64,000 nt of DNA from Raillietiella orientalis (lineage: Eukaryota): positions 62,001 to 126,000 of the forward strand of contig JAYWIR010000006.1 of assembly GCA_036172245.1 (NCBI GenBank), in the 5' to 3' direction. The notes under the pieces were generated by a model. That model was not told the origin of the DNA, searched no databases, and worked only from the letters and a program-made list of their open reading frames with translations. Both the position numbers and the translations under genes were made by a program. Of the stretch, positions 1-13,947 are shown piece after piece (within the stretch, counting starts at the first letter, position 1; every line of letters begins with the position of its first letter).

Positions 1-1563
1 TTCGTCGCATGTCCTCGATCTGGAAGATTCCAAGAAAGCAGCCGATTGGATGGTCAATTGCAGCCTGGCTGTGCGTTTCGCTGCTTCTGCCGGCTGCTTT
101 CGTTTGCTGCCGTCGAATGCTGGAGCGAACGAAGGCTGCGCTCGGATAATTCTCAGGCAATCGGAGGACGCGTTGTGGCGCGCGGGGCCAACGAACGAGC
201 GTGGTCGTGAAACGCGATGGGATGCCCACCTGGCGAGGTCTCGCCAGGTGCAGAACACATCCCGGAGGTGTGCCGTGGATGGCGCCCGCCAGCCTGTTCC
301 GCGACGGAAGCTTGCGTTTGGCAACGTACCTGCCTGCTGCTGCAGGAGGGACGTGTCCAGGGCCGCAGCCGTTGGCGGCAAGGCACCAGCAACTGCCTTG
401 TGCTGCTGCCTTGCTGGCGTCGAAGACGAGCGGCAAGGTCGGTGGTGCACGAGCGGTGTCGCTTGACGTTGCCGGAAACAGAGGCCGCCATTTGCTGCTG
501 GACGGAAGCACTCGTCGCACACTGCTGCCGCTCGGAGAGGAGCGCAGCGACCAGAACGCAAGGTCAGCCGGAGCTGACTGGCTGCAACCACGAGGGCCTT
601 CCGCTGTCTTCGCTTCAGTGAGGTCAACCCGCAAGAGCGCAGGTGACACGCCCTGCCGAGGAACCGGGGCGGTACTGCCGCAGCTGCCCGCTGCCAGCGT
701 GCAGGCCCACTTACCTCTGAGCAGAGGTCCGTGGGAGCTGGTCTCCTGCTTCCCCGATCCGGGTGGCAGCGTGCATGCTAGCAACGAGCTGCCCGTGACG
801 TGAGCGACGACGTGCTCGCGCACACTCACCTCAAGGGACCGGGGAAACTTCCTACCGATTGCGTGGAGGCTGCGCACCGCACCAAGGTGGGTTGTTTTTT
901 CCGTCGGCATGACGGTGCGGCCGCAGGGGCCTCAGCGCGCTTCCGCGCCCAGCCGGCCCACTGCTTCGGGTGGGTGCAATCGGCGGTCGCCCGAGAGCCG
1001 AGCGCTGGCTGCGAGGCCGCACACCAGCTAGGCGAACGCGGGAGGGATGGAGGGGAGGGACGCACGCGCTCCGCGGGCAAGGGGGAGGGGCAGGGAAGGG
1101 GGATGATGGGTGGGGGCAAGCCGATCCGAGCTGGTTGGCGTCAAGCGGCTCGAGTGGCACAAACAAACCACGAGCACGAACAAACCGAGCTGCGCGCAAG
1201 GGGAACGCGAGCGCAGCAGCGAAGCGACAACACCTAGACGAAGAGGTAGCGGATGTCCCACAGGACGTCGTCTTCCTCCCGTTCCGCTTCCAATCCAACG
1301 AGCTGGACCTCGACGAAAGAGACTCGCTCGGAGCGTGGGGTGTTGGGCGGAGGTGGCGGAGGTGGTGCGTCGCGGCGGCGCTTCGTCCCAAAGCACGGAC
1401 AGATCCTCGAAAAGAAGCGTAGCAAGCGTTTGCCGAAGCGCATGGCTGGCTCGTCTCAATCCGAATGGCAGTCAAGAATGGCGTCACCCTGGAAACCACG
1501 CCTGGACCCTGCAGGCCCCGTGGCGCAGGCGCCGGCACACAGGTGCGCGTACGCGGGGCAGCA
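1..1563. repeat. Arm of a long, near-identical inverted repeat (partner 11582-13159); probably continues left of the window
   Basis: ORFs 201..803(+) and 12357..12959(-) translate identically and coordinates sum to 13160. After a 15-bp indel (TTTCCCAAGGGGGGC, absent near 1456) they sum to 13145. Confidence 0.97.
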
Positions 1564-1640
1564 GCCAGCTGACCACCGACCAGGAAGCACGTCTGGTGGC
1601 GGACGGTCTACCAGCGAACAGGAGCAAGGCTGAAAGAGGA
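1430..1640 (+). mobile_element. Possible pogo/Tigger-like transposase N-terminal relic (psq/CENP-B HTH); also present in the repeat copies
   Basis: Frameshifted peptides SIRMAVKNGVTLETT and LTTDQEARLVA resemble the SIRxAAxxYGVPxxTL and LTxxEExxLV motifs of pogo-family HTH domains. Confidence 0.35.
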
Positions 1641-2326
1641 GAAGGAAGCAACGGGTGCGGGGGGCAACTGGGGAGCTGAACCATCCCTTTCTGGGCAATG
1701 CGGAAAAAGAGGAAGGTGTTCGCGGGCCGAAAGGCAATCGAGTCGCTGAAATGCACACACCTTTTCACGCATGGATAGGATTATATCGTTTAGGATTATA
1801 TCGTTAGAAGGTGGCCATTTGTCATGCGTTTGGAGCATTACTACCCTTTTTTGGTATTAGAATTTGGTTAAACTTTCAAAAGGAAAACCAAATATGTTCA
1901 ATTAATTTCTTGAAAAGCCTCTACGATCAGAGAAAGTCGAATTATCCATTCTCTGCTGAGCGAACAATCCAAACACTTTTTGTTGAAAAATTATTAGATG
2001 CCACTCTGTATACGTACATAAAGAAAGGTGTGAGGAAAGTGAGAAAATCGTTGCTCGCCATAATGATGCCACGACTGCTTGTAGAAGTTTTTCAAGGTGT
2101 TGCCCTCAGTTTCCCTCCTCCGACCAACAGAGGGGTGAATTCATCAAACGACAAAAAAGGTACGGCTGCATCCATCTCATCGAGTCGGTCACATATTCTC
2201 TCTGCGTTCTCCCAGCTCGCTGTTTTTCACACATTGTGTCCTTCAGAAAGTCATTATGGAGGTTCTTTTCTTTGGTAGAGTCTCTGGGGGCTGGAGAGCA
2301 GTTCACTCGCTTGGGCAGAGTCCACT

Positions 2327-4300
2327 CTATTCTTCAAGGTGTAGCGGTACGTTCAGGAGAATATACTGCCTCGGTTCCTGATCCCTATCTCTCGTCCGGT
2401 CAGCCCCTGTAGTATGCTGATGGCGGGAGCTGCAGCCATCGTGTTCCTCATCTTTGCCCTTCTGATCACGACGCTCGTGATGAGGAGGGTGATTGTGGTC
2501 CGAACCATAGGATTGTATCGCGGAACGTTTGCGCTGCCATCGAACATTCCGGCTAAAATGCGTACTCTTGTGGTTTTTTGCAGACCAATCACCGTGCTCT
2601 TTAGCGTGCTCCGGTCCTGGCGCAGCGGCGAGCAGGCGAGGACGTGGATCCGGGTTTCCCTGCCACCACAGTTCATCGCCGATGTTTCCTGTCCAATGTC
2701 TGAATCCGCTTCCACTTAGGATGCCCCCACGGTAAAACATGAGCTGGTCATCCTCAGATTGTGGTGGTAGGTCACTCTGAAAGGCTGTATCTCCAATCGC
2801 TTGCAGGCTCTCCATCCGCGTATCTCGTAGCGGTTGGCAGCCATGGCAACCACGTTCTCTTTTCGGTAGTTTTCCATCATTACACCGCAGATGCTGGCTC
2901 TGGTCGTCAAGATGCAAGCATCGGATGGCTGATATTTCCAAAGCACTCGCGTCTTGCAGGTGAATTTCCCTCTCATCGTTGGCAAAGCAGTCGCATCTTG
3001 TGGAAATTGCCACTGGCTGTCGACTGTTCGCAGTCACGGATGGTCACTGGTGGGCTCTTCCAGGTGTCTTTTGATTTACCGGTACGAAATGCGCCATAAC
3101 TATGGCCAATTCTTCATTCCACAATTATATGCTTCTAGGCACGATCTTGAAGCGTGGTTCGCCGCCAGTGTCTGCTTCGCTTTCTACGTGCGGTCCATGC
3201 TGCCCCATTCTTCATGTTTGTTTATGAGCGCCGACATCAGGCAGCTCGAGCTGTTGATCATCTTCGAAAAGGATGTGTGGGCTGCAAAAGGCCACTGTTC
3301 CCATTCGGTGGTGCGAGCCAAGAGTTGCCGCGCATCCACGTGGTCGATGGTCTGTCATAGAGACGTCATCCCGGTCCCACCTCCCTCTCTCGGGCGAACA
3401 GCAATTTGGGCGTGACCCGCAGCTTGAATTCTCTCCAGACGATCCTCCTCTGCAGCTGCTTCACTTCCGCGCTCGTCCTGCGAGAGCTCTCAGTGTGTAA
3501 GCACAAACGGCAGTTGTCCTTTCAGCTGCGGTCCTCTTGTTTTCGTTTCCTGCCTGAAGAACTTTTTGCGACTTCCGAATTATTTACGTTCCGATTTACA
3601 CTTTGTGTGGGCAATGGGCAAGTCTGCGGCATTCTCGTAGCTACAAAGCATGGGTGCCCATAATGTCTGCAGCGCATAGGCGGAAACAAAACAACGTTAT
3701 TCTACAAACGCCGAACTAGAAAATTCGTTGTTTTTTGGCAGCAGCTCCACGCAATGTGTTTCCAGTAATTCGCAGCGTACAGCGCACAGAGTCTGTCTGC
3801 CATTTCCGTCAGTGTGTCCCAGTGCAGGTGGACAACGAGCATCCTTATGGAGACGCACTCGCTCGAGGTTGAATCGCTTTTCTTTGGCAGTTCAGAGAGC
3901 TGACCAGAAATCGCACCGGTCAACGCCGGCAACGACCATCGCGATGCTTTGCCATAATGAGACAGTCGCATTCTTCTTGCTTGCTCCGGTTCCCAGTCCA
4001 TCGCTCCATGCCGGCCGAAACAACGCTCCGGGACGTTCAGAAGAAAACGGCGCACGGTGGTGGTGGGGTGTCGGCCGACCGGAGCGTCGAGCATGGCTGT
4101 CCCGCCGGTCGGCATTCCACGCAAGGTCGGGATGGGATTCCTGCGACGTCTGGAACTTCGAAAATCATGTCCATGTTGTTGTCTCTGAATGTTCGGGCGC
4201 AGGAACTCTCAGGAAGAACATTCTGTAAAAACAAAAATCGGCTGCCCGTTGCATGCAGCAGGAGATGCAGAGGGACCGTCCGCGCACGGATACATTTTTC
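2327..4300 (-). mobile_element. Degenerate non-LTR retrotransposon (RT to C-terminal Cys/His region), same family as 49980-52341
   Basis: LMFYRGGIL and VRTTITLLITSVVIRRAKMR align with MLYHGGIL and VRTSIALFIRSIVIRRAKMR of ORF 51967..52341. Upstream RT-like remnants are broken by frameshifts. Confidence 0.75.
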
Positions 4301-4699
4301 ACGTCACACAATACGTCATCCCTGGGCAGAGATCCCTTCTTGAAGAAAAGCTTATTTCTCTGTCATCCCTGCCACGTAAGCGATGGCGAGCATCACGCAT
4401 CGTGAGCAAGTCTGCGAGTGCTCAAAGGAGCGTCTTCCGGAAATGCCTCCCGTCCTTGCACAGCGTTTCCAGCATTCTGCACGGAAATCTGGGGGTATTC
4501 GCCTCCCCCCTTCTCCCCAGTTAAGGCTGCATCGTTCTTGGACCAGAGATGGATATGTGACTGCAGTTATCCGGCAAACTCTTTCTCCTGGTGAGGCTGC
4601 ACTCATATCGCCTTTCGTTCGAAAGCTACGCTCTGGGCAATGCTTGCCGTACAAGCGACGCCAAACGCGGAAGCATGCGAAACACTGCTGGAGCACGCG

Positions 4700-7450
4700 G
4701 CGTAGCAGACGCCTCAGTAGTGCAGCGATTCCAAAGCATCCTGCGGTACTCGCCACCTCATCAAGCTGAAGATCCTACAGGAAGCTCTTCTGTCCGAATT
4801 TCGTGCAAAGAAGCGGGCATGGTATGATTGCGTCTTTGAGCACTCGCATTCCAGAAGCTTCCAGATTCTATTGAACGGCTCTTGGATAGCCAGTAGTAGA
4901 GGGTTCATGGAATTATACGCTTTTTGGGGGGTCAGTAGTTGGCATCGGTCGGTTATAGCTAAGAGCACCCGGTTTCCATTGCCAGAAGCTATGGCGGTTT
5001 CAGCTTTGGTGCACGCGTGTCCTCTGGTTAATGCAGGCATATGCGAGGCCCACTTCAAGGGTAATGGCGGATCGGATACAAGGAGAGAAAATATTAGCGC
5101 TTCCAAACACATATACATCCCCGTGTCGTTTTTCTGTCGTAGGCACCATTGTTTTCCAAACACGGTGGAAGAAGAGTCGTGTTGATCAAAAAGTTCCCAT
5201 TTGAATTTCTGAATCCCCTGGAATGTGCGGACAGCATGAATTGCCAAGGCGCGAGTTGTAATGAAGGAGAGGAACGATTTCTGATCTCAGCATTTCACGT
5301 CATCGGTTCTGAGTGGCACACCGCAGTTCTGAAGGCGTTTCACAATAGTCTTGCGAAGTGATGGTTGTTCCAGGCTCCATACAGTCCACGAAAAGCACAC
5401 TCTTTTGGTCCCACGGACACCCGGCAACAGCGTGAAGCTGCACATCTATCGAAGATAGCTGACGTCCTACGTCCGCATATCATCTCTGCTTCTCTTGACG
5501 ATGGGTCCTGAATCTTATTTCCTCTTCTCGATTGAGCAAGCAACGTTTAGGACGATGACCTTGGCTGCCCTTTTGTTGAATGAGGATCATGAAGAAGGGA
5601 AGAATCCACAACGGGAGCTCAATGTTTCGCAGATCAGCAACTCCCAACATGTCGCGTTCTTCAGCTTCTCAACGATGACGTCATAGGGACACGCTTCGAG
5701 CTGAGGCGGTCTCATTCGACGGCTCAGTACAAGAGGAAAGCCCACATCGGCCTGCAGCAGCGGTTCTCGGTCTTCCACTTTGCTAAACGTCTTTTGGTTT
5801 AGTCTTTCAGCGCGGACGAAGGCATCAGTAGTGCAACCACTGCAATGCGTGTAGCTGCCACGTAAAGAGAAACATGGAGTTGTCCATAAACATTGAGGGT
5901 ATTTCTTCCTCTTCAGGAGGAATGTCTATCAGTTCCACTCAGAAAGGAATTCCTATGGAGGGCGGCGGGGGTGCATGCGTCAGACAGTTGACGCGCCGTC
6001 CAGAATCCCAGCTGCTCCTTTCCCGTGATCTGGCCGGATGCATCCCATCTCGAAGGACCCCCGCAATATCCACTTTGTTGTATTGTTCCGAGAGTGGCTG
6101 CAAGTGGAATGCTCACTGCTCAGGTGGTCTTCCTCATGCGGTCCGTGATTTCTAGCTGCGAGCAGCGATCGTAGCTGGAGACTCACACGCACCGCCATGT
6201 TTACTGCGAGCTCTTGCCGTTCTTGCCGGCCACGCCTGAACACTTCTGTTTCCAGAGACAACAGTTAGCGGAGAGGCAGGAAATCCATGTGTTGTCCTGG
6301 GCCAAGGGGCAAACTTGCTCGAGCTGGTAACTCTCGGTGACCATGCGCGAGAAACCGAACGAGCGCCTCAGCGCCGCCTGCTCGCTTGGCCAAAAGACAG
6401 GCTGGGACGGACGAATGACGATACCGACCTTGGCTGAAAGGGCTGATCTGAGAACTGCAGTTGACTTCCCAACCTCTCCAGAGGGACGGAGTGCAAAAAC
6501 TGTCTAAAGCAGTACTGAACCAAGGGTTACCTTATTACTCACGAAAGAATACGTAAAGGAGCGGAAGCAGGAATGGAAAGGACGAATCGAACTTCGGTGT
6601 AGAACATCGCCCACTGTTCGGGTAGGAATGGCTTGGCTTACCTGCAACAGGGAAAACCGAGATAGTGTGGAAAGCTTGGTTTCCATCGATTGTGGATTGC
6701 GGATGCTTCTTGCAACGGCAGAACTCGAGTGAACTTCGCTAACCTTGCTAACTACTAGTTGGTGCGCCTTGGTGAGCGGAGGGCGGCCAGAAGCCTTCGC
6801 ATGCGGTGGTGCGGTGAGAATGGGAATCCGTGTAGGGATTCGCATTGGCTTCGTGCCCCACCCTGCATTAGCGCTAGGTGGTGGTCATCTCCCTCATGCA
6901 GCGCGGACTGCAAGAACAGAACTGCAAGCTTTGGCTTGAGATGCTAGCAGTGGTCTCATGCAGTCTGGATTCTGAAAATTTCTTTCGTACCAGTCCTGCA
7001 TCATTGCAGGGAAGCGTCCTTTATTGGAATCCATCGGTTGCGTGAAACGAGGATCGCATGCGGAGAAGGACACTGCAGCCGTCGACTCGCTGTGTCTCCT
7101 TTGGAAACTCCCGTTGGCGCCAATTGTCTGCTCGTTCGCATCGGAGAGGTTTCCTCGTTGGCTGGGAGCATCGTTCTTCCGACAACGCATCCGATTGCCA
7201 CTTCTCGTCGATGCTGTTCGTGGTGATTCAGGAGCGTCTCTCTGCTTTCGGTCGCCTGGCTCGTGTGCTCTCAGCGTATTGCGTACCCACCATTCGATGC
7301 ATCCAAGCATTGAGAGTATGCGTCCGTTGGATCGGTGACTTCCAAGGAGCTCTGGTGCACCAGCGACCGTCGCTATGATATCGGATTGCAAGTGTCGAGA
7401 AAGAATCGTAATAATGAACGATTGGCTCACCGAAGGATTTCCTGATGAAA
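4700..7450 (-). mobile_element. Degenerate Ty3/gypsy LTR retrotransposon gag-pol relic
   Basis: Colinear on the minus strand: gag-like CDPRFTQPMDSNKGRFPAMMQD (~7000), RNase H end EPLL...RRMRPPQLEACPYDVIV...ELLICETLS (5587-5778), integrase-like SGNGNRVLLAITDR (~4960). The RH-then-IN order is gypsy-like. Confidence 0.55.
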
Positions 7451-8040
7451 TCCGAAGCTGTGGAGACGGAAGTCGAGTGCTTTTTGCACTGAACGGAGCT
7501 TTCGAAATGAAGTGCAAAGACAAACCGCAACGCGTGTCCTTTGAATGAATGTTTTTGCATTCTTTCCAGTGCACGAGGTTCCTGCGTTTCATTATGTAAT
7601 GTACTTGGGAAGGAAGATTGTCGTGGTGTGAGAATGTACTTTTCCAACAACGATTGCTAGCCAGACAATCTGTAGAATGTCGATCTTAATGTGTGGCAAG
7701 TATTATACAAGTTATACAGAGGCTGCCGTGATGTGCCTGTGAGTAAGGAAAAGCGTACCATCGGCTAGTACGAATTTCACACTGGAAGAAAGCACTTACA
7801 TGGAGTTGCGTCCGAGACGCGCGCCTCGAGAGCCTTCCGCAATCTGCAATGATGGGCCACTGTTGAGCAGCAGACTCAAAGAATGCCGACATCATGCTGC
7901 AGCATTTGAAAAGACTGCTCAGGGTGATGGCAGCGGTTCTTTCCAGAGATGTTTTCAATTGCAACGCGTTTCCTGTATTTCGTCCCATGTTCTCGATCTG
8001 GAAGATTCCAAGAAAGCAGCCGATTGGATGGCCAATTGCA
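7199..8040. repeat. ~840-bp segment repeated inverted at 13098-13939; its last 62 bp also match window positions 1-62
   Basis: ORFs 7228..7650(-) and 13488..13910(+) are nearly identical; coordinates sum to 21138. Confidence 0.96.
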
Positions 8041-8099
8041 ACCTTAGCGGCCTGTGATTTGTAGTTCAATTATGTGGTCCATCATCAGATTTTCATCGT

Positions 8100-10100
8100 T
8101 TGATTCTCCGAAGAAATGCCTACTGCATGCAAGTGGAAGCATTGCTGGCTAGTAAATGCTCTTCGAATGGTTCGTACGAAGGCTGCAATGATGAATAAGC
8201 ATATGTGAAAAAGAAATGGAAGAGATTGCAAAGTACTGATTGGAGGTGATGGACAAGAAGCACATTCTTGCATACCCTTTTTCTGTCTGACCAGGAAGCA
8301 TGTTGGTATGATGTTTCCTGCCTTTTGCTTTAAAATGCTTGGAATCAGTCTTGAAACTGACTTCATGCAGGGCGCACAACTGAAATCTAAACGAATTGCA
8401 TTGATAGGACTGAGCAACAGGATGTTTTTGTCCTGATGGCTTGGGCAGCATGGCTTGCAACATTTGCTCAAGAAATGTCATGAAATTTGTATCCTGGGCT
8501 CGCTATCCATTGTAAGAAACCTGAGTTCCCACAGAAGGTTTTTCTGTTCACAGAATCGTTTCAGCTGCATTCTATCATCTAAACTTAGGGTAATTTTCTC
8601 CATATGCATATGTGTATCCATTCATGTGTTCAGAAAGCAAGACGATTGCATTTTAGAATCCCTCGATTCATTATCAGGATGGCTACCACTGGGTAGCGAT
8701 GCTTCCTCGTCTTGAATCCAGTATGGCCCTTCCATCATCTCATATTGCGAACTCCGTCTACAAAATCATGTTAAATCTGGGTGGTCTTTTCAATACGCCT
8801 GAACAGTAACTTTGTTTTCATTCCTAAGTCACGGTAGTCACTTTGGTGTCTCGAGACACGCTGAAATTTTCAATTCAATATCTGTTTCCAAAAAGACCTT
8901 TGAAGGGACGATGGCTGCTATGAATCCTACATCATGGATTGACTTGCTAGAGAACTGGCGTGTGACTGCAAGTGTGAGAAAGCAGTAGAAGTGGATTCGA
9001 TGGAAATTAAGGAGAATGAGGAAAAATCAAACGGAATGAAGTCGAATAATCAAAGTGTTTCTTTGCAAATGGAGACATGCTCCATTTGAAGAAAATAACG
9101 AGCTTTTCAATATAGGGGTCTGTCATGAATTGCTGACAACTCATGATATTCGGGCATACGCTTGAAGACTCAACTTGATAAGTAACCTCAGTCTGGGAAA
9201 GTCTGGCTTTGTTTGGCCATGAAAACCTATATTAGCAAAAGGACTTGTTTACACGTTTCTCAAGACTGAGCCGTTCATGTTTGCTCCTTGAAAGTACTTT
9301 GACATGACTTATTCATTTCTCAAACAGCTTCCTTCTGTGCATTTCTGGTAGGAAACATTCCATCCGAGGTGGTCATGAAAAATCAATATTGAAAATTCCT
9401 TCCGTAGAACAGTAAGTCCAGGTGGGCATCCGGTGATAAAGTGTCTCTGTTGCTACTCCTAGACTCATCCTGAGGGTTTGTATCACAAAAAGATTTCTCA
9501 ACTATGTTCCCCGTCACATTTTTAACCAGTGCAATGACCGTCATTCCTCTTGATTTTCAGGGATGAATTTATCCTCTTACGCGACCTTCCAAATTTTCTT
9601 ATATTGCGGAATGCTCATTTGTCAGACTGCTTTGCTTTTCATCTCTTGTTTTGGCAAATTTCTTCTTTACGTTCTAACATGGAACCTACCTTGAATGCCC
9701 CAAAACAACCTTGTCTTCCTTTGTAACTTGCAGAAGATAAATTCTTCCTTTCCACTCACTTCAATGATATGGGAAGATGTTCCCATTGTGCCTTGAATTC
9801 ATATGAATGTAGCCCAAAATGATGGCGGTCGAAACCGCAGTTTCTTATCAACTTCTCATCCTCTTTCACCAGAGGCTGGGCTGAATATATGGAGCGGAAT
9901 ATTCTCTTTCTCTAGATGATACGGCGGCACAATCCCACGTAAATTTTTCGGAAAGTACCATAGTTCTTTCCGCATCGTTGACAGTCCGTTCAAACTTTCC
10001 AGTTGAAGCAAGTCTTCCCTTTGACACTGGACGAGACCGCTTGCATCACACCCACAGCTCGATTGGGAATTTTTATGAGAGGATTGGACAAAACGAATGA
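8100..10100 (-). mobile_element. Possible MULE-like DNA transposon relic
   Basis: TGCPPGLTVLRKEFSILIFHDH (~9370-9435) resembles the WRKY/FAR1-type Zn finger; otherwise heavily decayed. Confidence 0.25.
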
Positions 10101-10929
10101 ATCTTCTTTTCTTCTCTCTCTCTCCCTTTCTCTCTCTTTTCATAAGTCAAATCTTTTCGAGATTTACTTCGATTCTTCCCTTTCAAGATGCCACAATGGG
10201 AAAGGTTTGGTGCTGCTCCCGTGGGGTAAGTTGCTAATCGGCAGTGTCATCTCCGCCACCATGAATAGTCATGAATATCGTACTGCAAAGACGATAATTT
10301 TTCAGCTTGGAGCCGTTTGCAGACATATGCGCTCTGCAAAGAGCGATCGTGCGCTCGGCACGAACGGCTACTGCGCCGCTTATCTGAAAAGCTTGCATTT
10401 CGGCATCAGAAGTTCTTAGTGATATCCTGCCAGTGGGTGATCAACAGCGACGTCTTTCGTCCACCCTCCACTAGCGGATGACCCTGGCCAGGGACGTGTC
10501 CGGACTAGTGTTGGACGACATGGGCCTTTATGGAGACCGCAGGTACATGGCTCGAAGGCCGATGAGCAGAGCTGAGCGCGACACAATTGAATTCACGTTC
10601 TCTTCGGTATTGTGAACACCCTATGTGTTTGCAGCCTCTTTTTCCTTAGTCGACTATTCCATGCAAATCGTTCACTTCTTTTTTTTTAAAATAAGCATCG
10701 AAGAATGAATAAATAAATAAACAACGGTAATTCAAATTTCTGTCCGATGCCGCCACAAATCAGATGGCATTCACCGATGACACAAGTGAATTTCCATTCA
10801 GCATTTGCAGGTGGCATCCGTTTGCAAGAGGCAAACGGAGCGACAGAAGTATAAACACGTCTGATATCCCTCAAGTTACATTACATTGACTGAATGCGTG
10901 GGGAGCTCGAATCTCTACCAGGTATCCAT

Positions 10930-11030
10930 GAGGAATTTTATACCTTGTCCAGTAAGCATCAAACCTCACGAGCAGTTGCTTTGCAAACAGGCAATCTGAG
11001 GAAACATCTGCAACGCACGAGCTTTGGCGT
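10930..11030 (+). mobile_element. Possible BED zinc-finger remnant (hAT-like)
   Basis: TGNLRKHLQR peptide; the cysteine pair is not retained. Confidence 0.25.
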
Positions 11031-11581
11031 TACTTTACTGTCTGCCTTTTGTCAAGCGCCTTTCGCCTGACGGCCTCCTTGCGATTCCGAATGACGAAGT
11101 AAAAGACCATCCGTTCTCCCTAAGAAAATGGGCGTTACCGCGCAAACCGATCGTTTCCACACCCAAGGATCGCGCTGTATCCTCATTTCAGAATGATCAG
11201 CTGACTTGGCTTCGCAGAAAGCATGGATGCTGCTAAAGGGCTTTCTGCAATTGCCGAGATGCGCAATTTGGGAAACCAATCAGAAAAGCTGTCCACTATG
11301 CAACGGTTCTTCTTTCTTCATAATGAATAAACCAAGAGGAATTCAAATTTCGAGCAAACCTCAGCTATAGTTGATCGACACGTCTTCCTTGTCTTTTACA
11401 TAAAAGTTCATGAATCGTTTAAACACACATATCTCAAGAAAATAGAAGGAATCGGTAAACATCGCATCCCGCTGAAGAAACAAACAGGAATTCACGTACA
11501 ACCCACGTTGAAAGTCTCGAAACAAGGCAGCTGAGCAGATATTCGCAAACACAAGAGTTTTAAAAAGAGGGAAAAGCTGAT

Positions 11582-13159
11582 TGCTGCCCCGCGTACGCGC
11601 ACCTGTGTGCCGACGCCTGCGCCACGGGGCCTGCAGGGTCCAGGCGTGGTTTCCAGGGTGACGCCATTCTTGACTGCCATTCGGATTGAGCCCCCCTTGG
11701 GAAAGACGAGCCAGCCATGCGCTTCGGCAAACGCTTGCTACGCTTCTTTTCGAGGATCTGTCCGTGCTTGGGGACGAAGCGCCGCCGCGACGCACCACCT
11801 CCGCCACCTCCGCCCAACACCCCACGCTCCGAGCGAGTCTCTTTCGTCGAGGTCCAGCTCGTTGGATTGGAAGCGGAACGGGAGGAAGACGACGTCCTGT
11901 GGGACATCCGCTACCTCTTCGTCTAGGTGTTGTCGCTTCGCTGCTGCGCTCGCGTTCCCCTTGCGCGCAGCTCGGTTTGTTCGTGCTCGTGGTTTGTTTG
12001 TGCCACTCGAGCCGCTTGACGCCAACCAGCTCGGATCGGCTTGCCCCCACCCATCATCCCCCTTCCCTGCCCCTCCCCCTTGCCCGCGGAGCGCGTGCGT
12101 CCCTCCCCTCCATCCCTCCCGCGTTCGCCTAGCTGGTGTGCGGCCTCGCAGCCAGCGCTCGGCTCTCGGGCGACCGCCGATTGCACCCACCCGAAGCAGT
12201 GGGCCGGCTGGGCGCGGAAGCGCGCCGAGGCCCCTGCGGCCGCACCGTCATGCCGACGGAAAAAACAACCCACCTTGGTGCGGTGCGCAGCCTCCACGCA
12301 ATCGGTAGGAAGTTTCCCCGGTCCCTTGAGGTGAGTGTGCGCGAGCACGTCGTCGCTCACGTCACGGGCAGCTCGTTGCTAGCATGCACGCTGCCACCCG
12401 GATCGGGGAAGCAGGAGACCAGCTCCCACGGACCTCTGCTCAGAGGTAAGTGGGCCTGCACGCTGGCAGCGGGCAGCTGCGGCAGTACCGCCCCGGTTCC
12501 TCGGCAGGGCGTGTCACCTGCGCTCTTGCGGGTTGACCTCACTGAAGCGAAGACAGCGGAAGGCCCTCGTGGTTGCAGCCAGTCAGCTCCGGCTGACCTT
12601 GCGTTCTGGTCGCTGCGCTCCTCTCCGAGCGGCAGCAGTGTGCGACGAGTGCTTCCGTCCAGCAGCAAATGGCGGCCTCTGTTTCCGGCAACGTCAAGCG
12701 ACACCGCTCGTGCACCACCGACCTTGCCGCTCGTCTTCGACGCCAGCAAGGCAGCAGCACAAGGCAGTTGCTGGTGCCTTGCCGCCAACGGCTGCGGCCC
12801 TGGACACGTCCCTCCTGCAGCAGCAGGCAGGTACGTTGCCAAACGCAAGCTTCCGTCGCGGAACAGGCTGGCGGGCGCCATCCACGGCACACCTCCGGGA
12901 TGTGTTCTGCACCTGGCGAGACCTCGCCAGGTGGGCATCCCATCGCGTTTCACGACCACGCTCGTTCGTTGGCCCCGCGCGCCACAACGCGTCCTCCGAT
13001 TGCCTGAGAATTATCCGAGCGCAGCCTTCGTTCGCTCCAGCATTCGACGGCAGCAAACGAAAGCAGCCGGCAGAAGCAGCGAAACGCACAGCCAGGCTGC
13101 AATTGACCATCCAATCGGCTGCTTTCTTGGAATCTTCCAGATCGAGGACATGCGACGAA
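11582..13159. repeat. Inverted copy of 1-1563
   Basis: Reverse complement of the window start with only scattered substitutions and one 15-bp indel. Confidence 0.97.
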
Positions 13160-13939
13160 ATACAGGAAACGCGATGCAATTGAAAACATCTCTGGAAACA
13201 ACCGCTGCCATCACCCTGAGCAGTCTTTTCAAATGCTGCAGCATGATGTCGGCATTCTTTGAGTCTGCTGCTCAACAGTGGCCCATCATTGCAGATTGCG
13301 GAAGGCTCTCGAGGCGCGCGTCTCGGACGCAACTCCATGTAAGTGCTTTCTTCCAGTGTGAAATTCGTACTAGCCGATGGTACGCTTTTCCTTACTCACA
13401 GGCACATCACGGCAGCCTCTGTATAACTTGTATAATACTTGCCACACATTAAGATCGACATTCTACAGATTGTCTGGCTAGCAATCGTTGTTGGAAAAGT
13501 ACATTCTCACACCACGACAATCTTCCTTCCCAAGTACATTACATAATGAAACGCAGGAACCTCGTGCACTGGAAAGAATGCAAAAAGATTCATTCAAAGG
13601 ACACGCGTTGCGGTTTGTCTTTGCACTTCATTTCGAAAGCTCCGTTCAGTGCAAAAAGCACTCGACTTCCGTCTCCACAGCTTCGGATTTCATCAGGAAA
13701 TCCTTCGGTGAGCCAATCGTTCATTATTACGATTCTTTCTCGACACTTGCAATCCGATATCATAGCGACGGTCGCTGGTGCACCAGAGCTCCTTGGAAGT
13801 CACCGATCCAACGGACGCATACTCTCAATACTTGGATGCATCGAATGGTGGGTACGGAATACGCTGAGAGCACACGAGCCAGGCGACCGAAAGCAGAGAG
13901 ACGCTCCTGAATCACCACGAACAGCATCGACGAGAAGTG
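13098..13939. repeat. Inverted copy of 7199-8040
   Basis: Direct reverse-complement comparison. Confidence 0.96.
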
Positions 13940-13947
13940 CAGCCGAC

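Noticed and set aside
1077..1116. G-quadruplex-capable G-run tract (mirrored near 12044-12083)
   Set aside because: It is present but common in GC-rich repeats, with no evidence of function.
7199..8040. LTR pair of the gypsy relic
   Set aside because: The copies are inverted rather than direct, and no TG...CA ends, PBS or PPT were identified.
10555..10590. Hammerhead-like CCGATGAG motif (also CTGATGA at 7442)
   Set aside because: The GAAA core and the required stems are missing.
12136..13452. 438-aa ORF and the many overlapping ORFs in the GC-rich repeats
   Set aside because: It crosses a chimeric repeat junction, has no recognisable domain, and several frames are open at once, as expected for GC-rich DNA.
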